From IMG/VR virus record IMGVR_UViG_3300016744_000001: a DNA stretch of 64,000 nt; one strand, written 5' to 3'. Numbering within the stretch: the first letter of the stretch is position 1; each line of letters begins with the position of its first letter. The DNA is from a virus (lineage: Duplodnaviria; Caudoviricetes). The notes below the pieces were generated by a model, which did not search any database, was not told where the DNA came from, and saw only the letters and a list, made by a program, of their open reading frames with translations. Below are positions 38,128 to 46,314 of this stretch, piece by piece. The translations under genes were made by a program, and so were the position numbers.

Positions 38128-40968
38128 ATGGCTGAAACACAAAAGAAACATGCAACTGGTAAAGAGCTGCGCAGACGGTTCTTTGATATGTTCGACACCA
38201 GTACTGGCCAAGGTGAACAAGCATACACTGATAAATCAGTTTCGCTTGGCCTGACCAAAGAGTACAGTACGAATGAACTGAACATCATGACAAAACGCCA
38301 GTTTGTTACACCCAGTAACAATAAGCGTGCGGATCTGACCAGTGTCACCCAAGTCGTTGATGCCATCGGGCAGCCACATCGTGAGATTGTAAACAACATT
38401 GCTGATGCTGAACGACTGAAAGCGCTTGACCCGAACATCAAACGGGTCGAGCAGATCGTCGTGTCATCGATCATGTCCCCTAACGATTTGCAGGATGTTG
38501 ATCCAGAAATCGTGGTGGAGTCAGAAGAGATTCCTGATATCCAGAAAACCAAAATATCAGAACTTCTTACAAAATTTTATTGCGACACGTACAATCTCAG
38601 AAAGAAGATGACCAGCTGGGTCAAGGAAGCCCACTTCCGTTCTGGTGCTGGTGTCGGCATGATCTTGCCTGAAGCCACCCTTACTGAGATCATCAATAAG
38701 TACGACCCTCAACGGGTCTTCTTGCGCCAGAAGGCAAGTGAAAGTCTGATCAGACACGCTGATGAAAAGAAGCTGTCTACTGAAGAAGCAGCTTACCTGA
38801 AGTCAGTTATTTTTTCTGATCAGTTCTATCAGAACGTACTTGGTCATCAGGAGTTCACAGAAGTTCCAAAGGAATTTCTGCCAGCGGCTGGTGCCGAAGG
38901 GATCAAGGTTGGACTGCGGCAGTCACCGTTACAATCAGAGAATACTGAGAGTGAGCTTAACACAGAAGATCAGGCGATGGTTGAACAGATCTTCTCTGAC
39001 CTGATTTCTCTTGATCCACCAGACTTTCATGTAACTGATCTGATTCGAGCCGACCTTCGTCAAGGTGTGGAAAGCATCGCATTGAACTTCAACAAGGCGT
39101 TATCTGGCAAAGGTTCTGGTCTACACATTTCTGAAAATGCTGAAGTCCTCAGGTTTGGCCGAGCTTTTCGAAAGAACCAGAAGGACAAACTTGCAGCGAA
39201 GATCTCACCTATCTTCGCACAGTTGGATGCAACCAACGAAGAGAAGGATGACGACTTCTACGCTTATCGTGACTTGCCGATCATGGACCTCAGTGGACAC
39301 ATGACTGACTTTTCCGAACAGCAGACATATCCGTTTTACATGGACTTGCCTACTGAAGCCGTCATCCCGGTTTGTGTGCCCGGGACTAAAGATCAACATC
39401 TTGGCTACTTCATCCTGGCTGATGCGTATGGTCAACCAATCGAAGCGTCAGCTTATCTGATTGATGCTCCTGGCAACACCATCTCTGGTCGAATTAACAC
39501 CGCGTATCAAGCCATGTACGGTGAGATGCCCACAAACAGTGGTATCTACGGTGCCCCCGGTGCGGGTTACGGCTTGACCACGATGAAAGCTGCTGACTAC
39601 AAAAAGAATAGCATTAACAAGATCTTCAACTACGTCTTGGACGAGATGCTCAAGCGTAAGCTTGGAGACATGGGTCTGAACGATGTCACACTTGGTCGGT
39701 ACAACACAATCGCGCAGTGCATGTTGTATCGCCTTCTGGAGAAGAAACAGACATCACTGGTCTTCGTTCCAGAAAAGTACATCACGTACTTGGCATTCGA
39801 CTATCATCGAGCTGACGGTACTGGTAAGTCAAGGATTGAAGATATCCTGTACATGGAGTCTTTGAAAGTTTCCTTCTTGACTGCCAACACCATGGCAACA
39901 ATGAAGTCTGCGGTGCCCGTGAAGAAGCTGAAACTGACCTGTGATGAAAAGCAGATCAACACAACAGCACTTGCTTGGGAAGTAAGAAACGCTGTGGTGC
40001 AAAAAGAAAAGTTTTCACCCACAACGTACCCAGCAACTGTCGCTAACCAGATCCTGTCGCAAAACCTGTCAATCGACTTGACTCATCCAAACAGTCAGGG
40101 TTTTGCTTACACGGTTGAAGACACTCATCGGGAAATTCCCAAAGCAGATACTGCCTTCCTTGAACAGTTGGACAATGCCACCATCATTGGGTTGGGGGTT
40201 GCACCAAGTGCTTTGAGTGAAAGTAGTGAAGTGCAGTTTGCCCGGTCGTTGGCGACAACCAACTTGCATTATGCAAAGAGCATCCGTCAGGACCAGGTGA
40301 TCGTTGAAGAGATCACCACAACACATGTGCAAAACCATCTGGCATTGAGTAGTGCGCTCATTTACAAGATTGGCAACATCCTCAATTCTGTAGAAGAACA
40401 TGCTGACGCTGAACTTGAACGCACTGCACCGAAAAAGGACTTGACAGAAGTCAAACCTTCTACTGATGACAAACTGACAACCGTTGGTATGATCAGCCGG
40501 AAGATTGATGACAAGACCTTTGCCAAGGTATTGAAAGTCATTGCCAATGTCCATGTGAAGCTCTGTCCGCCAAACGTTGCACCTGACGATACTCAGTACA
40601 ACATCCTTGGTGATCAGATCAAGCGCATTGGTGAATACGTTGATGCTGTCTATCCTGACGATTACTCCAACTTCGGTGATGAGAAGGTATCGAACCATTA
40701 CCGGTTGGTTAAGGCACACATGAAGTCAATCCTTTGCAAGGAAGCTGCTGAACAGCTTGGCTTCAATGGCTTGATGACTCAGGTGCCCGACATCATGACT
40801 TACTCGCTGGAACACATGAGTGATTTGACGAAACTGTATGGTGTAATGAAAGGCATTTCTGAAACCATCACACGTCAAGTGCAAGCTCGTGAGAAGAAAG
40901 CCCCTGAGGACACTCCAGTGGAAGATACCTCTGGTGATACCTCTTCTAGCCCCAAGAACTTCTGGTAA
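38128..40968 (+). CDS. Portal protein (phiKZ gp129-like)
   Basis: IVVSSIMSPNDL, EAVIPV..PG...HLGYFIL.D..G.P, YLAFDY...GTGKS; 946 aa. Confidence 0.75.
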   Translation: MAETQKKHATGKELRRRFFDMFDTSTGQGEQAYTDKSVSLGLTKEYSTNELNIMTKRQFVTPSNNKRADLTSVTQVVDAIGQPHREIVNNIADAERLKALDPNIKRVEQIVVSSIMSPNDLQDVDPEIVVESEEIPDIQKTKISELLTKFYCDTYNLRKKMTSWVKEAHFRSGAGVGMILPEATLTEIINKYDPQRVFLRQKASESLIRHADEKKLSTEEAAYLKSVIFSDQFYQNVLGHQEFTEVPKEFLPAAGAEGIKVGLRQSPLQSENTESELNTEDQAMVEQIFSDLISLDPPDFHVTDLIRADLRQGVESIALNFNKALSGKGSGLHISENAEVLRFGRAFRKNQKDKLAAKISPIFAQLDATNEEKDDDFYAYRDLPIMDLSGHMTDFSEQQTYPFYMDLPTEAVIPVCVPGTKDQHLGYFILADAYGQPIEASAYLIDAPGNTISGRINTAYQAMYGEMPTNSGIYGAPGAGYGLTTMKAADYKKNSINKIFNYVLDEMLKRKLGDMGLNDVTLGRYNTIAQCMLYRLLEKKQTSLVFVPEKYITYLAFDYHRADGTGKSRIEDILYMESLKVSFLTANTMATMKSAVPVKKLKLTCDEKQINTTALAWEVRNAVVQKEKFSPTTYPATVANQILSQNLSIDLTHPNSQGFAYTVEDTHREIPKADTAFLEQLDNATIIGLGVAPSALSESSEVQFARSLATTNLHYAKSIRQDQVIVEEITTTHVQNHLALSSALIYKIGNILNSVEEHADAELERTAPKKDLTEVKPSTDDKLTTVGMISRKIDDKTFAKVLKVIANVHVKLCPPNVAPDDTQYNILGDQIKRIGEYVDAVYPDDYSNFGDEKVSNHYRLVKAHMKSILCKEAAEQLGFNGLMTQVPDIMTYSLEHMSDLTKLYGVMKGISETITRQVQAREKKAPEDTPVEDTSGDTSSSPKNFW

Positions 40969-40975
40969 CCATACT

Positions 40976-41007
40976 GACACTGAGGACGGGAAACCGTCCT
41001 CAGTGTC
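40976..41007 (+). terminator. 14-bp stem hairpin with GAAA loop after the portal gene
   Basis: GACACTGAGGACGG-gaaa-CCGTCCTCAGTGTC. Confidence 0.75.
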
Positions 41008-41032
41008 TTGTAAACCGTATCAGTTTCTAAGA

Positions 41033-41040
41033 TATATTAC
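41033..41040 (+). promoter_or_regulatory. phiKZ-type early promoter motif TATATTAC
   Basis: Exact motif at the head of the 41073-45106 island. Confidence 0.65.
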
Positions 41041-41072
41041 CACTTTGATGTTCTATCGTTAACATTTAACCA

Positions 41073-41732
41073 ATGAGGTCCACAATGTGCAATGAAGCTT
41101 TGTTGAAAAACTTTGGTAACTTGGTCACCCCAGAAATGTCTGACCGTGAAGCGTACCCACTGATCCTCAAGAAATTGTTGGATACCATGCCGCCTGACGC
41201 AAATGTCATGGTTGCGACGTCCGGTGCGCTTAACGAGCTGGTCACCAAGTTCTTTACAGACATTGACCGTGACCAATTCTTCTCGTTTAATGTCCAGTAT
41301 GCTGACTACCGGACATTGGAAAATGGTGTCTTTGCCGCATTGAACATTAAGATGCCAAGTCTGCGGCAATTGGTTGACCATCTGAAAGCCCACGGGACTT
41401 ACCGGGCATCGTTCGGCAGTGAAGATGTCCAGATCTCAGTTACCCTGATCACTGAGAATCAAGATCCTCGGTTCTTTGATTTGACAACTGGGATTCTTGG
41501 TTTCAAGACCAAAAACATTTTCTGCCGCAATTCCGGAAGTTGGCATGCAACCAAAGTGTTGTACAAGCTCCTGAAGGATTGGCAAATTCATTCTGGTGGC
41601 GAGCTTCGGGTGATCACTGATACTGCTGAATGGAATCACCACGAGTATCGTCCGGGCACAGTCTACCATTCTGGGATGGGCTGCACCAACCCTGTATGGG
41701 TTGATGCCGATCGCACACGCACATACGAGTAA
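41073..41732 (+). CDS. Hypothetical protein, paralog family B
   Basis: DIDRDQFFSF...FKTKNIF. Confidence 0.7.
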   Translation: MRSTMCNEALLKNFGNLVTPEMSDREAYPLILKKLLDTMPPDANVMVATSGALNELVTKFFTDIDRDQFFSFNVQYADYRTLENGVFAALNIKMPSLRQLVDHLKAHGTYRASFGSEDVQISVTLITENQDPRFFDLTTGILGFKTKNIFCRNSGSWHATKVLYKLLKDWQIHSGGELRVITDTAEWNHHEYRPGTVYHSGMGCTNPVWVDADRTRTYE

Positions 41733-41745
41733 GCTGGAGAAGCCC

Positions 41746-42240
41746 ATGGAACCGGATTTTTATGACCTAGTTACCAGGCTTACTTTGCAATCAGCATCCG
41801 AGTCCGACCAGCGGATTTATTTTGCAAAGGAACTCTTCCGCAACATCCCATCAACGGGTGAAGCATACACTGACATTCTCCGGGTATTGGATTCCTATCT
41901 GTTGGACATCGACAAATCTCAATTCTTTGAATTTGAGATCTTGATCGAAACCTTCGACAAAAAGTTTCGACCCCTGGTTTCAAAGTGTCAGCTGTTTGCT
42001 CCGGAGGCCAACATAATCCAGTTGGCTTTGGCTGACGGGACCCCCACGTACTTTGTGGGGGTTGGAACTGTTGCGGATTCTTTTCGCACTCGGCAAATCC
42101 AAATCCAGTATGCAACGAATCGTCTTTATTTCAAGATTCAGACGAAAAACGTGTTCACTGGATTTATGCGTGAAGCTCACGAACTGCTGCGCATGATCAC
42201 TGATGATCGTCGTGATCGGTACGAAACAAAAGTTTCTTAA
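41746..42240 (+). CDS. Hypothetical protein, paralog family B
   Basis: DIDKSQFFEF...IQTKNVF; GGAGA RBS. Confidence 0.7.
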   Translation: MEPDFYDLVTRLTLQSASESDQRIYFAKELFRNIPSTGEAYTDILRVLDSYLLDIDKSQFFEFEILIETFDKKFRPLVSKCQLFAPEANIIQLALADGTPTYFVGVGTVADSFRTRQIQIQYATNRLYFKIQTKNVFTGFMREAHELLRMITDDRRDRYETKVS

Positions 42241-42264
42241 CTGTCTAACCAAAAGGTCAACCAG

Positions 42265-42987
42265 ATGAAAAGTTTTCTTGGTGTTCTTACGTTGATGCTG
42301 GCAATCTTTTTCCTTGGCCTTGTTACCTGCAATGCAGAAGTCTCCAATGGCTACCGCATGGGCATGCTCAACAAGGTGTCTGACAGCGGCTGGATTGCGA
42401 AAAGCACCGAATGCCAGTTGTCGATGGGTGTGGATGGTACGCCCATGGTACTGACGTGGACAACAACCGATGACAAAGGTAAGGTTACCAACCACAAGAA
42501 CACGATCAACCCTTGGAAGTTTACCTACAAGGGTTCACGCAAGATCGGCGAATTCATCGGCACCTACATGGTGATTCCTTACGAAAAGGAATACTTCCGT
42601 AATTGGTTTGCGGAAGACACCCCGTACATTGTGAAAGATTTCTTGCCCATTGAAGAAACTCCGTTGCCTGAAAAGATGGCGACGTCCAAGGAATACGACG
42701 CCAAGAAATCCGAAGGTGCGCTTGTCGGGCGCATTGTTCAGGCGTCTTACCATGGCAAAGTCTTTAAGACCTACGAAGCCACAATCCAGGTTGGTATCGG
42801 CGGTGGTCAGTATCAGTTCATGACCATGGCTGATGAGGTCATCTACAACTTTGGTGTGGAAGCACTGAAGCGTGGTACACTGCTCAAGATCTCGTATGTG
42901 GATCTTGGTGTGATGAACAAGATCACCACCGCCAACAATTCCTACCGGATCACCAAGCTTGAAGTGGTGGAAAAGCCCAAGTTTTAA
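42265..42987 (+). CDS. Exported/periplasmic protein with an internally duplicated beta domain
   Basis: Signal peptide; S.GYRMGML.K.S.SGW..KS.E.QL.MG and SEGALVGRI..AS.HG...KTYE..I.VG halves. Confidence 0.7.
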   Translation: MKSFLGVLTLMLAIFFLGLVTCNAEVSNGYRMGMLNKVSDSGWIAKSTECQLSMGVDGTPMVLTWTTTDDKGKVTNHKNTINPWKFTYKGSRKIGEFIGTYMVIPYEKEYFRNWFAEDTPYIVKDFLPIEETPLPEKMATSKEYDAKKSEGALVGRIVQASYHGKVFKTYEATIQVGIGGGQYQFMTMADEVIYNFGVEALKRGTLLKISYVDLGVMNKITTANNSYRITKLEVVEKPKF

Positions 42988-42993
42988 TCACTG

Positions 42994-43021
42994 CAGTGGG
43001 GTGGAATATTCCACCCCACTG
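42994..43021. terminator. Perfect 28-bp palindrome
   Basis: CAGTGGGGTGGAAT|ATTCCACCCCACTG. Confidence 0.7.
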
Positions 43022-43032
43022 TTTGAAAGGAG

Positions 43033-43497
43033 ATGAGTATGGTTGCTGAAATGTCCAAGAAGTTACAGCAAGTGTTGTTTGATTATGACAAGATCAATGC
43101 AAAGAATTTCATGGAAGCTCTGGATAACTTACATCACTTGGACCGTGACAAGACTTTCGAGTTTGTTGTTGGTCTGCGTGACCTCTATCTGGTTTTTGAA
43201 CTGATGCATTCATCCGACCTCTTTCCTGTCCAGTACGGCTATGAAATTGAGGACATGATCACCACGGGCAAAACCTTTTCACAATCCTCCCCCGTCCTCA
43301 AAGATGGCCGAGTAGCCAAAGTTGAAGTCCGTCTGATTGGTGATATTGTTTATACAACAACCACCAACATGTTCGGACGACGGGGGTCAACGTTCATCTG
43401 GTTAAAAGAAATCCTCGAACGCGCTCGAATTGCTGAGCTGAATATGAATTTTGACTTTGCATCCATTAATGATGGAGGGCAGACCGAACAAAGCTGA
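43033..43497 (+). CDS. Hypothetical protein, paralog family B (divergent)
   Basis: HLDRDKTFEF...TTTTNMF. Confidence 0.65.
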   Translation: MSMVAEMSKKLQQVLFDYDKINAKNFMEALDNLHHLDRDKTFEFVVGLRDLYLVFELMHSSDLFPVQYGYEIEDMITTGKTFSQSSPVLKDGRVAKVEVRLIGDIVYTTTTNMFGRRGSTFIWLKEILERARIAELNMNFDFASINDGGQTEQS

Positions 43498-43505
43498 GGT
43501 AGCAA

Positions 43506-44585
43506 ATGGGCAAACCCCGTATTATTGGTGTTCACGACGGCCCGATGCACAGTGATGAAGTATTCGCTGTTGCGGCGTTGTCGATGATCATGGACGTGGA
43601 TATCGTGCGTACACGAGATCCTGAAATTTTGAAAACCTGTGACATGCGTGTGGACGTCGGGGATAACTACAATCACCAGACGAAGGATTATGACCACCAC
43701 ATGCAGTGGTTCAATGTCAGACACCAGAGACCATTCAAAAAGTACGTTGATGGGAAACCAAAAGAGTTCCCCGATGGACCTCTCAGGAGTGGCTTCGGGT
43801 TGATCTGGCTGCATTATGGTAAAGACATTATCATGAAGATCCTGACTGAGGTGTACACACCAGAACAGTACTGCACCTTTGAAGAGTCAGACTTCTTCGA
43901 CTTGTTTGACGCTGTTGACAATGGCATCGTTGCCTACATAGATGCCTGCGACAATGGTGAGCAAAAGAAATTCTTGTTGAATGTCTCCCCATTCAGAAAT
44001 TCAGACATCACCAAGATTGTTGCCATCTTCAACCCAACCATTCAGGAGCAACGCTGCTGGACGGATGCAAACACATCTGAAGCCAACTATCATGGCCAGT
44101 TCATGGCCGCGATGAACATCGCTAGATTGCTTCTCCGTCGCGAAATTGTTTCCCAGTCAGAGCTGTTGTATTTTCGCCGGCCTTTCATGAAACTCATCGC
44201 CAACATGGGCCAGAACGAACAGATCCTTGTATTGGATCAGTACATTCCCTGGTCATACGCCTACGGCCGCGCTGGTAGCGCTACTAATGGTGTGGAGATG
44301 ATTGTTTATCCTGCGTCGAATGGTAACTGGATGTGTCAAACTCCGTATTACTATTTCAGGCGGGATAGCCAGACGTACCCTGCCGTGATGAAAGACGGGT
44401 CGCAACGACAGTACAAACATCAGGCTCCGGTGGAAATATGTGGTCTCAGAGACCAAGCTCTCTGTGATGCGACGGGCATTGCTGATCTGAATTTTGTCCA
44501 CAAAGGTGGGCACCTCGGTGCAGCAAAAACTAAAGAAGCAGCAATTGCTTTAGCGCAGTACTTTATTGATCATAGTCGACAATAA
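43506..44585 (+). CDS. MYG1 (UPF0160) family DHH-type 3'-5' exonuclease
   Basis: HDGPMHSDEVFA, RTRDP, VDVG, YDHH, SGFGLIWLHYG, IDACDNG, FVHKGG motifs. Confidence 0.9.
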   Translation: MGKPRIIGVHDGPMHSDEVFAVAALSMIMDVDIVRTRDPEILKTCDMRVDVGDNYNHQTKDYDHHMQWFNVRHQRPFKKYVDGKPKEFPDGPLRSGFGLIWLHYGKDIIMKILTEVYTPEQYCTFEESDFFDLFDAVDNGIVAYIDACDNGEQKKFLLNVSPFRNSDITKIVAIFNPTIQEQRCWTDANTSEANYHGQFMAAMNIARLLLRREIVSQSELLYFRRPFMKLIANMGQNEQILVLDQYIPWSYAYGRAGSATNGVEMIVYPASNGNWMCQTPYYYFRRDSQTYPAVMKDGSQRQYKHQAPVEICGLRDQALCDATGIADLNFVHKGGHLGAAKTKEAAIALAQYFIDHSRQ

Positions 44586-44595
44586 GGAGTGAGCT

Positions 44596-44922
44596 GTGGC
44601 AATCTTCAAGTGTCGGAAGAAAATCCCCGATACTTCTGAAGTAACGGTTTGGTATGGCATCACGTTCAAAGGCGATGAGTTAATCATCGCACTCACTGAT
44701 CTGAAAGAGATGTTTGGGGAAGAGCTCTGGTGTGAGCTTGATCCTTGCGGAAAGTGTAAAATCTGCGGCAAGCATCCTTTCCTGGAATTGACTCCGATTG
44801 AGTTTGACAAACGAGAATCTGTGTTTATCTTTTCCTCAAAGCTGAATAGCCCAAGACAACAGGACGTCGTCGTTAGGAAACAATTGACAAAGGCAGTTTC
44901 TCGTGAACAAACGCATTCGTAA
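44596..44922 (+). CDS. Hypothetical protein
   Basis: AAGGAG RBS, GTG start, CxxC. Confidence 0.6.
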   Translation: MAIFKCRKKIPDTSEVTVWYGITFKGDELIIALTDLKEMFGEELWCELDPCGKCKICGKHPFLELTPIEFDKRESVFIFSSKLNSPRQQDVVVRKQLTKAVSREQTHS

Positions 44923-45106
44923 AAAGTGGAATCGAGATCCAGATATTGAACAGTTGGCGCACGTCGTTGAACAACAAAGCCAACTCATCGGAAACATCTT
45001 GACTCTACTTGAAAGGCAAACACAAAACGTAATGAAGCTCGAACAGATCTTGATTATGTTCGATCCGAGATTAACCACAGCCGTCGAAACCGAACGACTT
45101 CAGTGA
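44903..45106 (+). CDS. Small coiled-coil protein
   Basis: Overlaps the previous gene and ends just before a hairpin. Confidence 0.5.
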   Translation: MNKRIRKKWNRDPDIEQLAHVVEQQSQLIGNILTLLERQTQNVMKLEQILIMFDPRLTTAVETERLQ

Positions 45107-45110
45107 CAGC

Positions 45111-45145
45111 ATGTCCTCACTACCTCAAAAGGGTAGTGAGGACAT
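45111..45145. terminator. 14-bp stem hairpin
   Basis: ATGTCCTCACTACC-tcaaaag-GGTAGTGAGGACAT. Confidence 0.7.
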
Positions 45146-45175
45146 TATTGATATTGCGTTATTTTTTCTTTGCCA

Positions 45176-45203
45176 CTCTGAGGACGGTTTCCCGTCCTCA
45201 GAG
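45176..45203 (-). terminator. 12-bp stem hairpin, inverted copy of the 40980-41003 element
   Basis: CTCTGAGGACGG-tttc-CCGTCCTCAGAG (GAAA loop on the minus strand). Confidence 0.65.
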
Positions 45204-45316
45204 CACCCATTGTAAACCACCAAAGTCACATGGATGAGATAGCCAAGGAACTATCTCAGCAAACCGGTAATCAAACACAAACGGAGTAGATTAGAAAACA
45301 GTAGTCATCTAATATA

Positions 45317-45347
45317 CTACCATAGGGAGCAATGCTCCCTATGGTAG
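45317..45347. terminator. 15-bp-arm inverted repeat after the tail tube gene
   Basis: CTACCATAGGGAGCA-a-TGCTCCCTATGGTAG. Confidence 0.75.
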
Positions 45348-45354
45348 GTCAAGG

Positions 45355-46308
45355 TTAGAACGTGCTTGTGGAATCAGAAGTGATACCAAAGTCGTTAGTT
45401 GCTTCCTGGACAAGACCATTATTCGTGGCTTCATCCACCCAGCCCTTGGCGCCGTAATCGATGATGTTCGAGCTGATGCCGTTATAGGTCAGCGCGTAAT
45501 CAAGGTTCGGCTTGTGAGCATTGATTGAGTTAAGCACCAGACGACCGAGTTCACGAGTGTTCTCGTTGTGGGTGATCACACCCTTGTACGTCACAGTACG
45601 CTTGGCAAGTTCGGTCGCACCGATGGTACGCTTCATGCCAAGGTTACCTGTTTCGGTAGGCACGATATTCGTGATGACAGCAGCTTCGACCAGACGATTG
45701 CTCAGACCGGTCGGGTCAGGCTGGATCACGAGCCAAGAAGAAGTGAAGGTCGACCACACCCATTGTTCCATTGCATCACCGTACAGCGCTGAGAGCAGCG
45801 AAGCACAAGTGTCAGGATGATTGATGTGTTTCAACCACAGATAGTTCAGGTTCCAGAACAGGTTGCCTGTGATATCGTCGACCGTGACCGACGGGTTCAC
45901 AGGGTTACGCTTGGTCTGCAGAGGCATCGAAGCAGACTGACCGTCATGGCCGATCTGGGTGTCATCGAATTCCTCGGTGTAACCGATATCGATGCCGTCG
46001 ATGGACTTTGCATGCAGTTCGATCATCGCCTTGTAGGTCTGTTGGACCTTCGGGAAACGATCCCACATTCGTGGCTGTTGCAGCACGAAGACGTGAGCGC
46101 AGTTCAGTGCCAGAGGTGTCGCACCATCCATCTGGGTGATACGAGGACCAAAACCGAGCTGACCACCTTTCTGAATGTTACCAACCGGGACAAACCGAGG
46201 GTTGCCGAATTGGCCAACGTTGTTAAACAGAAGGGAATCAACACCGTTGTTATCTGTGGCGGTCGACTGGCCATTGCTAATGGAATAGTTGTCAAACTGA
46301 GTTGCCAT
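45355..46308 (-). CDS. Tail tube protein (phiKZ gp30-like)
   Basis: Immediately downstream of the sheath; ELHAKSIDG, IQPDPT motifs; 317 aa. Confidence 0.75.
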   Translation of the reverse strand: MATQFDNYSISNGQSTATDNNGVDSLLFNNVGQFGNPRFVPVGNIQKGGQLGFGPRITQMDGATPLALNCAHVFVLQQPRMWDRFPKVQQTYKAMIELHAKSIDGIDIGYTEEFDDTQIGHDGQSASMPLQTKRNPVNPSVTVDDITGNLFWNLNYLWLKHINHPDTCASLLSALYGDAMEQWVWSTFTSSWLVIQPDPTGLSNRLVEAAVITNIVPTETGNLGMKRTIGATELAKRTVTYKGVITHNENTRELGRLVLNSINAHKPNLDYALTYNGISSNIIDYGAKGWVDEATNNGLVQEATNDFGITSDSTSTF

Positions 46309-46314
46309 GATTCA

